DNA from: Nitrosopumilus sp.
GTDB lineage: Archaea; Thermoproteota; Nitrososphaeria; Nitrososphaerales; Nitrosopumilaceae
Length of the DNA stretch: 64,000 nt
Assembly: GCA_965224195.1 (NCBI GenBank)
Contig: OZ245040.1
Location: forward strand, 1,376,001-1,440,000
Direction of reading: 5' to 3'
Of this stretch, positions 46,001 through 50,812 are shown piece by piece. Position 1 is the stretch's first letter; each line of letters starts with the position of its first letter. The notes beneath the pieces are model-generated. The model was not told where the DNA came from. It saw nothing but the letters and a program-made list of their open reading frames with translations, and did not search any database. A program made the translations under genes and the position numbers.

Positions 46001-47567
46001 GACTGGCTGTAGTAGAGTCGTCAATCTTTACGGTGCTCTTTACTGAACCATCAGTGTCCATGAGCATGACGTATACGGCGCCCCTGTAGGATCCTTGAGT
46101 GCTGGTAATGCTTGCACCTGCTACAATATCTGGGATGCCATCACGATTCAGGTCTCCTATTCCTGCAACTGATGCGCCAAAATTATCATCACTGACGATA
46201 TCAGTAGGACCGTTGGCAGTGGAACCGTTGATCTCAGCTGTTCTCTTTATGGAGCCATCAGGGTTCATGAACAGGACGTGTACGGCGCCAGTGCTGGCTG
46301 CCACAGTGAGGCCTCCAGTCAAACCCACTGCAATGTCTGCAGTACCGTCGCCGTCCAAGTCTCCTATTCCTGCAACTGATGTGCCAAAATAGGAATCATC
46401 TAAGAGTGGGGGAAGATTTGCAGTAGAGTTGTTGATTTTTACAGGAGGGGCAGTGGAGCTCGGATAGGCATAGTTGTTTGCATATGCCACACTGTCACCA
46501 AACTCTAGCTTTAGGTGGTGCTTTCCGGGGGTGTGGACCAGCATCTCAAAGGAGCTGGCGGTGCTGTCACCTGAGTAATCTGGAAATACGACAGACGTTA
46601 TTTTGGATTCATCATCATAGACAAACTCGGGTGCAATCATCATCATCATGTTGCTGTTACTACTGATATCTGAACTATACAGTGAGACAAACTCTAGGTC
46701 ATCAGGTAGCCCCGTCCCAAAGCTGGTCCCGTTGACTGCAGATATCACCAGGTCGTGAGTTTCCTCTGTTACAAAGTCTACAGTCCAGTGTCCTCCCACA
46801 GCAGGATATGACTGCTCATTTAGCACCCTGATGCTGCTGCTGCCGTGCTGCTGCATCTCCGAAAGAAACTCTTGCACTGCTGTTTTCTCATGGCCGCTCA
46901 GAGGCCTGTTGTTGTTAAGATTATCATAGTTGGCATTATTATTATCATAGCTGGCATTATTATTATCATAGCTGGCATTATTATTATCATAGCTGGCATT
47001 ATAGCTGGTATCATACAGCGAGTCAGCCAAGGCATCAAAGTCTGCTCCGTACAGCACAGAGTCTTGCAAATCCGGATGCTGCTGATACTTACCTGTAATA
47101 GAATCAAGAACAGGCCAGGAGCTGCTGTTATTATTGTTGGCACTGCTGTTACTGCTGATGCTGCCATCTAAATCACCCATGCCTTCAGGTGGATATGCAA
47201 ACGCGTGCTGGATTGGAGAGAAGGTCAGTCCGATTGGGCCAAGCATGCTACCAGACACAAACACGATGCAGACAAGCACGGCAAGGGATCTTTTCAGAAA
47301 AGGGCGGCTGTCGTATCTGCTTGGCAGCATGCTTGCAAGCACAAAGATTCCTGGCGCAACTACAAAGAGCACGTAAAAGTGTGCAGAAGGCGACTGCTGA
47401 TTCCACAGCAAAATCCCCTGAGACTCTGATGAGGAAGAGCCTGCAGGATGCGGCGTGGCCTCATTGTACACAGTCTCCTGTGCAGATACGGGAGGCATGC
47501 CAGACAATGCAAGAACTGAAAAAAGCAAAAACAGCAAAAAGACACTCTTTGGAGCCATGGCTACCAA
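25086..47567 (-). CDS. Giant (7493 aa) surface adhesin-like protein with FG-GAP repeats, five-repeat beta-propeller modules and FN3-like domains
   Basis: Uninterrupted 22.5 kb ORF; signal peptide; 12 FGxSVAxIGDLxxDGxxDIxVG repeats; 40 GVAFNPxGTKMFV repeats in 8 groups of 5; ~18 TWTAP FN3-like units plus 2 divergent ones; C-terminal WAGYS..LPKWIK motif; start may be ATG 47558. Confidence 0.92.
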   Translation of the reverse strand: MVAMAPKSVFLLFLLFSVLALSGMPPVSAQETVYNEATPHPAGSSSSESQGILLWNQQSPSAHFYVLFVVAPGIFVLASMLPSRYDSRPFLKRSLAVLVCIVFVSGSMLGPIGLTFSPIQHAFAYPPEGMGDLDGSISSNSSANNNNSSSWPVLDSITGKYQQHPDLQDSVLYGADFDALADSLYDTSYNASYDNNNASYDNNNASYDNNNANYDNLNNNRPLSGHEKTAVQEFLSEMQQHGSSSIRVLNEQSYPAVGGHWTVDFVTEETHDLVISAVNGTSFGTGLPDDLEFVSLYSSDISSNSNMMMMIAPEFVYDDESKITSVVFPDYSGDSTASSFEMLVHTPGKHHLKLEFGDSVAYANNYAYPSSTAPPVKINNSTANLPPLLDDSYFGTSVAGIGDLDGDGTADIAVGLTGGLTVAASTGAVHVLFMNPDGSIKRTAEINGSTANGPTDIVSDDNFGASVAGIGDLNRDGIPDIVAGASITSTQGSYRGAVYVMLMDTDGSVKSTVKIDDSTTASLVLANHDMFGASVAGIGDLNNDGTTDIAVGASNNDSGGGSGKGAIHILFMNPDGTVKSTQKIDDFGTTVASHLVNYFGLSVANIGDLNNDGIADIAVGAPGNDNKGTVYVLFMNTDGTVKSTAKIDDSTTNGPPSLADYFFFGASVASIGDINSDGTTDIAVGASGNDSGAIYIILLNSDGTVNGTAKIDDSTTDSLVFGSDSNFGTSVANIGDLNGDGMPDIAVGAPYEGTNDGGSNTGAIHIIYLDAIAPHGTGSARETVKIDDTTADGPILSDGDLFGASVAGIGDLDGDGIPDIVAGAYKDDHGGTDKGAIHILFMNRDGTIKRTAQISNPESGINSYYLSDHDGFGYSVASIGDLDGDGTTDIAVGAYQDDNNNRTTNTGAVYVLFMNPDGTAKSYSPIKNSTANGPVLSDDDNFGASVAGIGDLDGDGIPDIVAGAPQTDTNYVDDGAIFVMLMNADGSIKSTIKIDGSTNSGPVLADYSFFGSSVANIGDLNNDGIADIAVGADRDSDTASDGGAVFILFMNSDGTVSSTKRIDDTVANVPTILDYDQFGSSVAGIGDINGDGAPDIAVGVQGAAGGKADTGAVYVLLMNTDGSVKATKVIDSSASPGGGPDDAEVSDGDQFGSSVALIGDLDDDGIPDIVAGADLDDTDGANKGAIYVMYMQKEIVVNAVTSNNADGTYGTLDEIDISVHFSAPVIVTGTPYIYLNVDSVSFGSGVAVADYASGNNTDTLHFTYSIQPGDSSSKLEYIGTNALLLNDNIIRDAAFPHANADQTLPPKGIVLSVNPPKTFGSLGMNSNIVIIDDLGPNLYFVAFNAGTGKLTIEFDEPIYNSLSGDINLAKLFLSAPNTVNQTPLAGASIDTTGHSAEIAITLTERQRTNVIGNSTEPQLDIADSAVTDLFGNAIDASDDNTVNVTADTVKPVFESAAFDAGTGMLTIIFDERIDNRQSGGIDLTKLFLSAPGQTDQTSLDGAAVQTAGNSTDILIQLTLPQISTVLANSLTPQLDIGVGAVRDISGNAIDAATDNAVTTTNAVQPPSPGSPTAVTPDSTPPKFESAALDEKTGVLAVTFDETIANEDFDLSTADYKRKFSVRSQDGTPEGVAFNPDGTKMFVVGYDTEKIYEYALTTPFDLSSSSYANRSFPVGSQDNSPKGVAFNPDGTKMFVIGGEYEEIHEYELTTPFDVSSSSYTNRSFPVGSEDNTPRDVAFNPAGTKMFVAGYASETIIEYTLSTAFNVSTASYTDTFDVSSQDTEPEGVAFNPDGTKMFVVGDQRDRVYEYTLTTPFDLSNVSYAHHFSVGTDDNFPTGVAFNPAGTKMFVVGADSNNVYEYTLATPVDLSKLLISESGSVNGTGTALTGASIETVGNSTSIEIKLTALQLQSALALTTPELDILAAAVSDVLGNEILASYDNAIAVTNSVQPPSLAAPTNLLVNVINGTAAEITWTAPAIPANSFYNISDVSYLVNVTDTVTDSTLQYTVPAGTTTHTATNLIPGKSYNASVKAIVLLDSGDDLESSTTAVSFDMPTPPSLDAPTNLSVAVSGTTATITWTAPAISANSFYDINSVSYLVNVTDTAAGTTVPYTISDGTITTHTATNLIPGKSYEVTVEAKASLSDSTVLSSQPTAVVSFAVSEPPSLDAPTNLLVNVINGTAAEITWTAPTVDANDFYTINDVTYQVNVFDAGDSGAASSGSITDTSYTATNLTPGESYNVFVVAGAAVGSGYTVQSAGVSAPFNMPAAAVVDGGAGTPLPLAADNTPPTFESAALDEETGVLAITFDEIIANEGFDLSTAVYTDNSFSVSNKDTTPTGMAFNPSGTKMFVVGYENAKIYEYELTTPFDVSSSNYKRDFSVSSEEDIPEGVTFNPAGTKMFVVGTGNGNVYEYTLSTAFNVSTASYTRNVSVSLQDSSPEGVAFNPAGTKMFVVGIGNGNVYEYTLSTAFNVSTASHTGTFSVAAREGTPSGVAFNPAGTKMFVVGYKSDKVDEYTLTTPFDISNVSHTGTLSVASQDTTPADVAFNPAGTKMFVVGYKSANIYEYALTTPVDLSKLLISESGSVNGTGTALSGASIETVGNSTSIEIKLTAPQLQSVIALTTPELDILEAAVFDVSGNQIAAALDNAIAVTNSVQPPSLAAPTNLLVNVINGTAAEITWTAPAIPANPFYDINSVSYIVYVTDTVTDSTLQYTVPAGTTTHTATNLIPGKSYNASVEAIVLLDSGDDLESSTTAVSFDMPTPPSLAVPTGLSVSVFATAATITWTAPAIPANSFYDINSVSYLVNVTDVAAGTTVQHTVPAGTTEHTTYLIVGKSYEVTVEAKALLSDLTAIFSQPTAAVSFDMPLPPSLAAPTNLLVNVINGTAAEITWTAPTVDANDFYTADDMVYQVTVISSDGSELGDTADDTSYTATGLTPGESYNVHVYVTIFGPGYFVESSPVSASFNMLAVAVDGGAGTPLPLAADNTPPTFDSATLDEETGVLAVTFDETIANEGFDLSTADYTGRSFLVSSQDNSPQGVAFSTNGTLMFVVGNQHDSIYEYRLTTPFDVSSSSYTNRSFDVSSQDGLPTGVAFNPDGTKMFVAGLQNEKIYEYELTTPFDLSSSSYTNRSFSVGSQDDSPTGVAFNPAGTKMFVTGFDTEKIYEYTLTTPFNLSNVSHTGLFSVGTQDTSSYGVAFNPAGTKMFVAGDQHNRVDEYTLTTPFDLSNVSYTRHFSVGTQDDFPKDVTFNPTGTKMFVVGDQHDKIYEYTLTTPVDLSKLFISESASTNDISLTGASIETVDNSTSIEIKMTAPQLQSVIALATPELDILAAAVSDVSGNQILASADNAITVINSVAPPPLAAPTNLSVDVSGTTATITWTAPAISANSFYDINSVSYLVNVTDVAAGTTVPYTISDGTITTYAATGLTPGKSYEVTVEAKALLSDSTVLSSQPTAAVSFAVSEPPSLDAPTNLLVNVINGTAAEITWTAPTVNANDFYTINDVTYQVNVFDAGDSGIASSGSITDTSYTATGLTPGESYNVFVSADAAVGSSYTVQSAVVSAPFNMPAAAVVVDGGAGTPPPLAADNTSPTFDSATLDEETGVLAVTFDEIIANEGFDLSTAVYTDNSFSVSNKDTTPTGMAFNTNGTKMFVVGYQNEKIYEYELSTPFDVSNPTFVRDFLVGTQDDSPEGVAFNPDGTKMFVAGLQNEKIYEYELSTPFDVSSSDYKRNFSVSDEDTYPRGVAFSTNGTLMFVAGSDTDKIYEYALTTAFDLSTASYTDRSVDVSLQDTHPTDVTFNSAGTKMFVVGSEMDNVIEYALTTPFNLSTASFVRLFSVSSEDDSPEGVAFNPAGTKMFVVGVQRDRVYEYALSTPVDLSKLFISELASVNGTGTVLTGASIETVGNSTSIEIKLTESQRLAVIALTVPELDILEAAVFDVSGNQIVAALNNAIAVTNSVQPPSLDAPTNLLVNVINGTAAEITWTAPAVTANPFYDINSVSYLVNVTDTAAGTTVPYTISDGTITTHTATNLIPGKSYEVTVEAKALLSDSTVLNSPHTAAVSFAVPAVSPVPSSQPSADNTPPTFESAALDEETGVLAVTFDEIIANEGFDLSTADYTDRSVDVSLQDSSPTGMAFNTNGTKMFVVGFDSEKIYEYVLSSPFDVSTAAYTDRYFEVTSEDTEPTGVTFNPAGTKMFVAGHDNEEIYEYALSTAFDLSTAAYTDRYFEVTLQDTSPQDVTFNPAGTKMFVAGDQHDKIYEYALSTAFDLSTAAYTDRYFEVTSEDTSPQDVTFNPAGTKMFVAGYNNKKIYEYALSTAFDLSTAAYTDRYFEISLQDTEPTGVTFNPAGTKMFVAGNQHDKIYEYALTTPVDLSKLFISESGSVNGTGTALTGASIETVGNSTSIEIELTAFQRLAVIALTIPELDILSAAVSDVLGNEILASYDKAIAVTNSVQPPSLDAPTNLLVNVINGTAAEITWTAPAIPANPFYDINSVSYIVYVTDTVTDSTLQYTVPAGTTTHTATNLIPGKSYNASVEAIVLLDSGDDLESSTTAVSFDMPTPPSLAVPTGLSVSVFATAATITWTAPAIPANSFYDINSVSYLVNVTDVAAGTTVPYTVPAGTTEHTTNLISGKSYQVTVEAKALLSDSTTISSQPTAAVSFDMPLAPLPDAPTNLLVNVINGTVAEITWTAPTVDANEYYTIGDVNYQVTVISSDGADEFGGTVTDTSYTVTGLTSGESYDVHVRTMIFGIGFFVESSPVSASFNIPAVVVDGGAGTPPPLAADNTPPTLLSAALDEETGVLAVTFDEIIANEGFDLSTASHTDTFNVGSQDDTPNGVAFNPDGTKMFVVGYQSEKIYEYTLTTPFDLSSSSYANRSFPVGLQDNSPEGVAFNPDGTKMFVIGGEYEDIYEYTLTTPFDVSSSSYTNRSFSVGSEDNSPRGVAFNPAGTKMFVAGYTGENIYEYTLSTPFNVSTASYTDTFDVSSQDTEPEGVAFNPSGTKMFVVGDQRDRVYEYTLTTPFDLSNVSYAHHFPVGTDDNSPRGVAFNPAGTKMFVAGDQHDKIYEYALTTPVDLSKLLISESGSVNGTGTALSGASIETVGNSTSIEIKITAPQLQSVIALTIPELDILEAAVSDVSGNQILALYDNAIAVTNSVAVVSPPPPLAADNTPPTFESAALDEETGVLAITFDEIIANEGFDLSTAAYTDNSFLVGTQDNSPQGVAFSTNGTLMFVVGNQNDSIYEYRLTTPFDLSSSSYANRSFSVGSEDTSPYDVAFNPDGTKMFVAGYTHERIHEYTLSSPFNLDTASYANSSFLVRSQDNSPHDVAFNPDGTKMFVAGYANEKIYEYTLSTPFDVSSSSYTRDLHVRTQDNSPYGVTFNPAGTKMFVVGAQHDRVYEYTLSTPFDLSSSSYTRHFPVGTQDNSPNGVTFNPAGTKMFVVGAQHNRVYEYALSTPVDLSKLFISELASVNGTGTVLTGASIETVGNSASIEIKMTESQRQSVIALATPELDIMAATVSDVSGNQIVAALNNAIAVTNSVAAVLPPPLAAPTGLSVAVSGTTATITWTAPAIPANSFYDINSVSYIVNVTDTAAGTTVPYTVPAGTTEHTTNLILGQFYEVTVEAKALLSDSTVLSSQPTAVVSFDMPLPPSLDAPTNLSVAVSGTTATITWTAPTVDANEYYTINNVNYQVTVVDSGDSGAASSGSITGTSYTATGLTPGESYNVYVVAYAVVGSSYTVESVEVSASFNMPAAAVVVVDSGAGTPPSADQIKVQNLEIEKTGNKRVTLTWKAPANSGDKVLDYYSISYNCPATHGTKYTEIHTGFTSVSIDNLDIGGICRFQVTPIYPSGGGVNSLIFPGVDGGVTDKGLSAPLESIPFTETPKDIQLTAAMDGSDAIKVSWLSISSDIVFYDLTLGDGDDSRGLVPLKDFKYEDDRPTSQIIKNVDPGRTYTIYLVLYNYEGSVHSTTFIKYTVPVDSIPPKLESAALDEETGVLAITFDEIIANEGLSTTAPFDLSKLLISESGSANGTGTVLTGASIETVGNSTSIEIKLTESQRLAVIALTVPELDILEAAVFDVSGNQIVAALNNAIAVTNSVQPPSLDAPTNLLVNVINGTAAEITWTAPAIPANPFYDINSVSYLVNVTDTAAGTTVPYTISDGTITTHTATNLIPGKSYNASVKAIVLLDSGDDLESSATAVSFDMPTPPPLDAPTNLSVNVINGTAAEITWTAPAIPANPFYDINSVSYLVNVTDTAAGTTVPYTISDGTTTTHTATNLIPGKSYEVTVEAKALLSDSTVLNSQPTAAVSFAVSEPPSLDKPTNLLVNVINGTAAEITWTAPTVDANDFYTVDGVSYQVTVVDSDGSQLSNHHVTDTSYTATGLTLGKSYIVHVVAYADVGSSHVQSIALSTSFDMPPPLDAPTNLLVNVINGTAAEITWTAPAIPANPFYTIDDISYTVEVYNPATGDRIPEHDSDMINTSYTITGLTSGESYRIVVYAVVTVANYDSLESFAHIIFNMPVVPVVPVPPSADNTPPTFDSASLDAGTGKLTIIFDERIANTNFSDIDLTKLFLSAPNTVNQTPLTGAGIDTSGDSAEIEITLTERQRTNVIGNSTEPQLDIADSAVTDLFGNAIDASDDNTVNTVPDAVKPAFESAAFDAGTGMLTIIFDERIDNTPTTDIDLTNLFLSAPNTVNQVSLDGAAVQTTGNSTEILIQLTLPQISTVLANSLTPQLDIGVGAVRDISGNAIDAATDNAVTTTNAVQPPSPSADSTPPKFQSATLNEGTGVLAITFDETITNEGFDLSTAAHTDRSFSVGTQETSPTGMAFSTDGTKMFVAGATGKDINEYTLSDPFDVSTLSFVDPFPVSDQDATPADVAFNTDGTKMFVVGNAGGEIHEYALDTPFDVSSSVFANDSFPVSDQETSPTGMAFSTNGTKMFVIGAQYDRVYEYTLSVPFDVSSSVFADVSFPVSGQDATPADVAFNTDGTKMFVVGNAGDAIHEYALSAPFDISAPTHADTFSVSLQDANPTGVAFNPAGTKMFVVGNAGDAIHEYALASSLDLSKLFISESASSSGTVLSDATVKTVGNSNFIEIELTASQRESVIALTAPQLDILKGAVSDVSGNQIDASPDNHITITGTGRSSGGGSSSSSSTESTPPSFPTTSFDGKTNTIFIGTVGISPEPSRLDHTLDNPVLVQTGQSIPISLTMHDNISWENISHVELCLNKQISNNQICDSDTKLVWDKKYNDGNNNNNNSNSLKIIDPNGLIENASVSIAKVDVRVATWDYSVTFGKAMDTSDIQIYAWDDRRNALTFTIHNALTVTAQNDAQGSLSDSASSDTIASSDTIASSDDITSSCDAGKLLLDNGLCMDPEPGTFACLSEQVMNHDGTCLDASKTAIAQDDKVIKLLPPSSDTQSTDAIKKQNEMIKRWAGYSEFSATDAELIKSLGITNDLPPDVSLPKWIKKYLGEMVYKNQISVEQLKIVLSYMVGVLK
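46921..47000. repeat. 21-bp coding tandem repeat (NNNASYD) x~4
   Basis: TTATCATAGCTGGCATTATTA units. Confidence 0.85.
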
Positions 47568-47611
47568 GACTCCGCCGTCGTCATGCCATCAAGAAAGGCA
47601 GAACTTTGGGC

Positions 47612-47679
47612 TATAAAATATTCAAATATACTGGCAATGGGAGTCTCGCGTCTGACCTCTCTCTCTTCCCCCCCCCCCC
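47612..47679 (-). promoter_or_regulatory. Putative promoter of the giant gene: TATA-like TTTTATAG with upstream G12 and (AG)n tracts
   Basis: C12 at 47668-47679 and CT repeat at ~47657-47666 on the + strand; CTATAAAA at 47611-47618. Confidence 0.5.
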
Positions 47680-47779
47680 GAATCAGTGATAGGCAAGATA
47701 TAAGCAACATGCACATATTAACCAGAAAACACACGTATTTAATCATTTTGTAATCTGGGTTTTGTGAAGTTACAGTGAC

Positions 47780-48703
47780 CTATTTTCCCTTGTAAAGTTT
47801 GGTGACCTGAGCATTTTGAATTAACGTAATCCGCTTGTTATTACCTTCAACCTTCACACCTGAAACTCCATCTGGTGTCTTACCATCTAATCCCATATGA
47901 CCACGAATAAAATTATGATGAATTTGCATATCTGCAATTATTGGAGAATCATCTTTTTTCAATGATCTCATGACTTTTTCTCTATCTCTTATTGTACCAT
48001 TCAGTCTTTCCATCTTGTTGTTGTTTCTGTCATTTTTCATGTGAATGTGTTCAGTGTCTTTGTGTAGAAAATTCTTGGCTTTCCATTTATCTTTCCATGC
48101 TTCATGAAAGTTTGGAGCTCCGTCTGAAATTAGAGTTGTAGGTTTCTTTTTTGCTATCTTAACAGCTTTCATAAACATTGGCTTTACATCTTGAGTATAT
48201 TTTCTGTCTGAAACTTGTTTTGCCATCTAGTAACGAGTTTCATCATCCATTATGGCATAGAGATATTTTCTATCACCCTTGATTTTGAGATAAATTTCAT
48301 CTGTTCGCCATTTTTCTGAAACTTGAGGGATTATGGATTCAAGATATTTTTCCATTAGTGAGACGTATTTCTTAATCCAACCTTCAACACCTTTGTAAGA
48401 TATTTTTACACCAAATAATTTCATTGAATTTGCTACATGTCTTAATGATTCGCCATTGAAATATAGATTCATTGAAGCTGTTACAGCTTGAGGTGTCGCT
48501 CTCATCTTTTCAAATCCAAAGTTTTGAATGAATCGTTTGTCACAGTTCTTGCATTTGAATTGCTGAAAATTACCATGTTTTGTTTTCTTTATTCCTTTTT
48601 TAATTATATTATTTGAGTTACAAAACTTACAACAGTCAACATTAATTTCTTTGATTGTACTTTGTTGTTTTACTTGTTTTCTAATCTTTAGTGAAATTTC
48701 CAT
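47780..48703 (-). pseudogene. IS6-family DDE transposase pseudogene
   Basis: WRTDEIY, ISDGA and NKMERLN motifs; in-frame TAG at 48227-48229 where the paralog has W (RFW); SWIM N-terminus cut off at the IS5 insertion. Confidence 0.9.
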
Positions 48704-49775
48704 TAGATGAGTTGCGCAATTGCAAGCAAAAATCTAACTTTTCTGTCATTTAATTCTTAATTTTATGGAATTGCAATGAATTCTTCTTTCCATTTAATCT
48801 TGAAACTGACAGTCCCGCAAACAATTTCACTTGTCACATCATATCTGCATAATTTGTTTCTAAACACATCGCGATTTATCCGAAATTGCCTGATTTGTGC
48901 AATGACACGTCCAACTTTTATTCTAATTTTTGACTGCATCCTGTTCCACTCCTTTTGAGCAACAGTCAATTTTTTTCCTTTCTTTTTCTTGCATGGCAAA
49001 ACACTTGCCTGTTCTGGAAAGTCTTTTTCCGTCCCCAAACATCCAGGATCATAAGACTGCAGCAACCCTTCAGACAATGTTGGATGCCTTGATTTGTAAA
49101 TTCCGTAATCATGATGGCTGCCAGGCGAATGTGCAGATTTGTGGATTGTTATCCCATCAGGATTTATGGCGACTTGATTTTGTACTGCATGCTTTTTCTT
49201 TTTGCCTGAATGGCGTGCCTTTCTTTTCTTTTTGTTTTTTGGTCTTGGGATGGGCTGTTCTGTGCCATCAGTGATTGCAACTAATTCCGGAAAGAATTCT
49301 TGCAGTTCCTGCATGCCGTTAATCTCTTTTGAGTCTGCATATTTTTTGGCAGCAATTACAATGGACTGCTTCACTGCAGGCTCCAAACATCCGATGTTTC
49401 TCATTACGTTTGGTTTGTCCAAATCAAATGTCATCCCTGGCATGTCATATGTTGTGTACATTCTGTAGTACATGAAAAACATTAGAATTCTGCCTTTGAA
49501 GGACAAGTCAAACTTGTGTCCTGCACCAATGTCCCTTTCTCTGTTTTTGGACAGTCCCTTTTGTTCTGCAGTTTTGCAATTTTTCTTTATTTCTTTGTAT
49601 AGGGAATCAAATTGTGGAACAGTTAGTCCTGTTATTGACAGGAATTGCTTTGGTTTTTTTGCCAGTTTTGTGCAATTAAACATGAATTGAAAATAATTCA
49701 GCCTTAGCTTTGGATCTTATGATTAGAAAATGTTGAGATTATGCTCAAATTGGACTAATTGCACAACTCATCTAA
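48703..49775 (-). mobile_element. IS5-family (ISL2-like) insertion sequence
   Basis: Inverted ends TTAGATGAGTTG(C/T)GCAATT at 48703-48721 and 49757-49775 (18/19) around a single transposase ORF. Confidence 0.88.
48763..49683 (-). CDS. IS5-family transposase (HTH plus DDE_Tnp_4), probably inactive
   Basis: FLSITGLT, DGTEQPIPRP..SGKKKKH, GSHHD, D.G.LG; expected R..VE reads RIKVG, so the catalytic Glu is lost. Confidence 0.85.
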   Translation of the reverse strand: MFNCTKLAKKPKQFLSITGLTVPQFDSLYKEIKKNCKTAEQKGLSKNRERDIGAGHKFDLSFKGRILMFFMYYRMYTTYDMPGMTFDLDKPNVMRNIGCLEPAVKQSIVIAAKKYADSKEINGMQELQEFFPELVAITDGTEQPIPRPKNKKKRKARHSGKKKKHAVQNQVAINPDGITIHKSAHSPGSHHDYGIYKSRHPTLSEGLLQSYDPGCLGTEKDFPEQASVLPCKKKKGKKLTVAQKEWNRMQSKIRIKVGRVIAQIRQFRINRDVFRNKLCRYDVTSEIVCGTVSFKIKWKEEFIAIP

Positions 49776-49963
49776 TGTATGCTTTGATTTTGGATATACA
49801 AACAACGGAGCATTCATTTTCTTTAGAATCTGGCGCATGAGGGAGATCATCATGCGTTGGTGTTTGTTTTTCATGAAATGAGAAATGTGTAATTATTGAT
49901 GGATCTTGATAATTAGTTTGATCTGCAATTAGGTAAAATCTTGGTGATTTCCAGGAAGCCCAG
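49776..49963 (-). mobile_element. Remnant end and 5' transposase fragment of a second IS5-like element
   Basis: Encodes MMISLMRQILKKMNAPLFVYPKSKHT; clearly homologous (inverted) to 53483-53673. Confidence 0.65.
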
Positions 49964-50008
49964 TAAACGCAGTTCTATCTTTTTATCCTGCACATAATAT
50001 TTTGAATC

Positions 50009-50752
50009 ATGTATTATCTGTACATTGATGAAAGTGGGGATTCAGGAGATTATTTGGATGAATTTAATAAGGTCATAGAAGGGAGTTCCAAATTTTTTAC
50101 TCTGGCTGGAATCATCGTAGATGATACTCTAAAAACAAATCTGGATAATGAAATTAATTCCATAAGTGACAGATATTTTTCAACGATTTCACTTCCAGAA
50201 AATTTCAAGATTCACTATCATCCATTAAGAAACAAACGCCCTCCATATGACAAATTATTAGATAGTCAGAGGTTTCAATTGGCAAATGACATGTTTAAAC
50301 TCATCAAAAAATCAAACTGTCATCTTTTGTCAGCTACAATAAATCTAGAACGTCATTGTAGAAAATATGGCATACCTGCCAATCCCAAAGCATATGCCAT
50401 GTTGATAATACTTGAGAGGTTTCAAGATTTTCTTGAGGAAAATGGCGCAGAAGGTAGGGCAATTTATGAAAAATTCAATAAAAAAGCAAGAAAAAAAGTG
50501 GAGCGTACAATAAGAGGATTGAAGGAAATTTTACGTTTTAGACATTATAGGGAATTAAACAACATCCGAGGTCATGTGGAAAATGGAGATCCTAAGACAT
50601 CTCCAATATTACAACTTGCAGATTTTTTTGCATATGCTGTATGGATAAAACTAACTACTTCTGATGCTTCCAAAAACAGATGGCTTTCAATCAAAGACAA
50701 GTATTATCGATTAGATTACGGTCGGTATAAAGCAGGAAATGTTGAAATCTAA
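50009..50752 (+). CDS. DUF3800 family RNase H-fold protein
   Basis: N-terminal YLYIDESGD, FTLAGII, ILERF and C-terminal S..LQLADFFAY motifs. Confidence 0.88.
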   Translation: MYYLYIDESGDSGDYLDEFNKVIEGSSKFFTLAGIIVDDTLKTNLDNEINSISDRYFSTISLPENFKIHYHPLRNKRPPYDKLLDSQRFQLANDMFKLIKKSNCHLLSATINLERHCRKYGIPANPKAYAMLIILERFQDFLEENGAEGRAIYEKFNKKARKKVERTIRGLKEILRFRHYRELNNIRGHVENGDPKTSPILQLADFFAYAVWIKLTTSDASKNRWLSIKDKYYRLDYGRYKAGNVEI

Positions 50753-50812
50753 AGGCGATTCCTGAGCTCTCTTGCGAGTCTCATAGTTAGCATTACACCA
50801 ACGGAACCGTAC
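50753..50812 (-). ncRNA. Candidate DUF3800-associated structured RNA (three-way junction)
   Basis: Minus strand: CGGUUCC/GGAAUCG closing stem, GUUGGU/GCUAAC hairpin, UGAG-CUC(GCAA)GAG-CUCA hairpin; TTTAAAAA TATA-like box ~25 nt upstream (50831-50839). Confidence 0.7.

Noticed and set aside
25222-47689. Many + strand ORFs within the giant gene
   Set aside because: Antisense shadows of the repetitive, GC-richer coding strand
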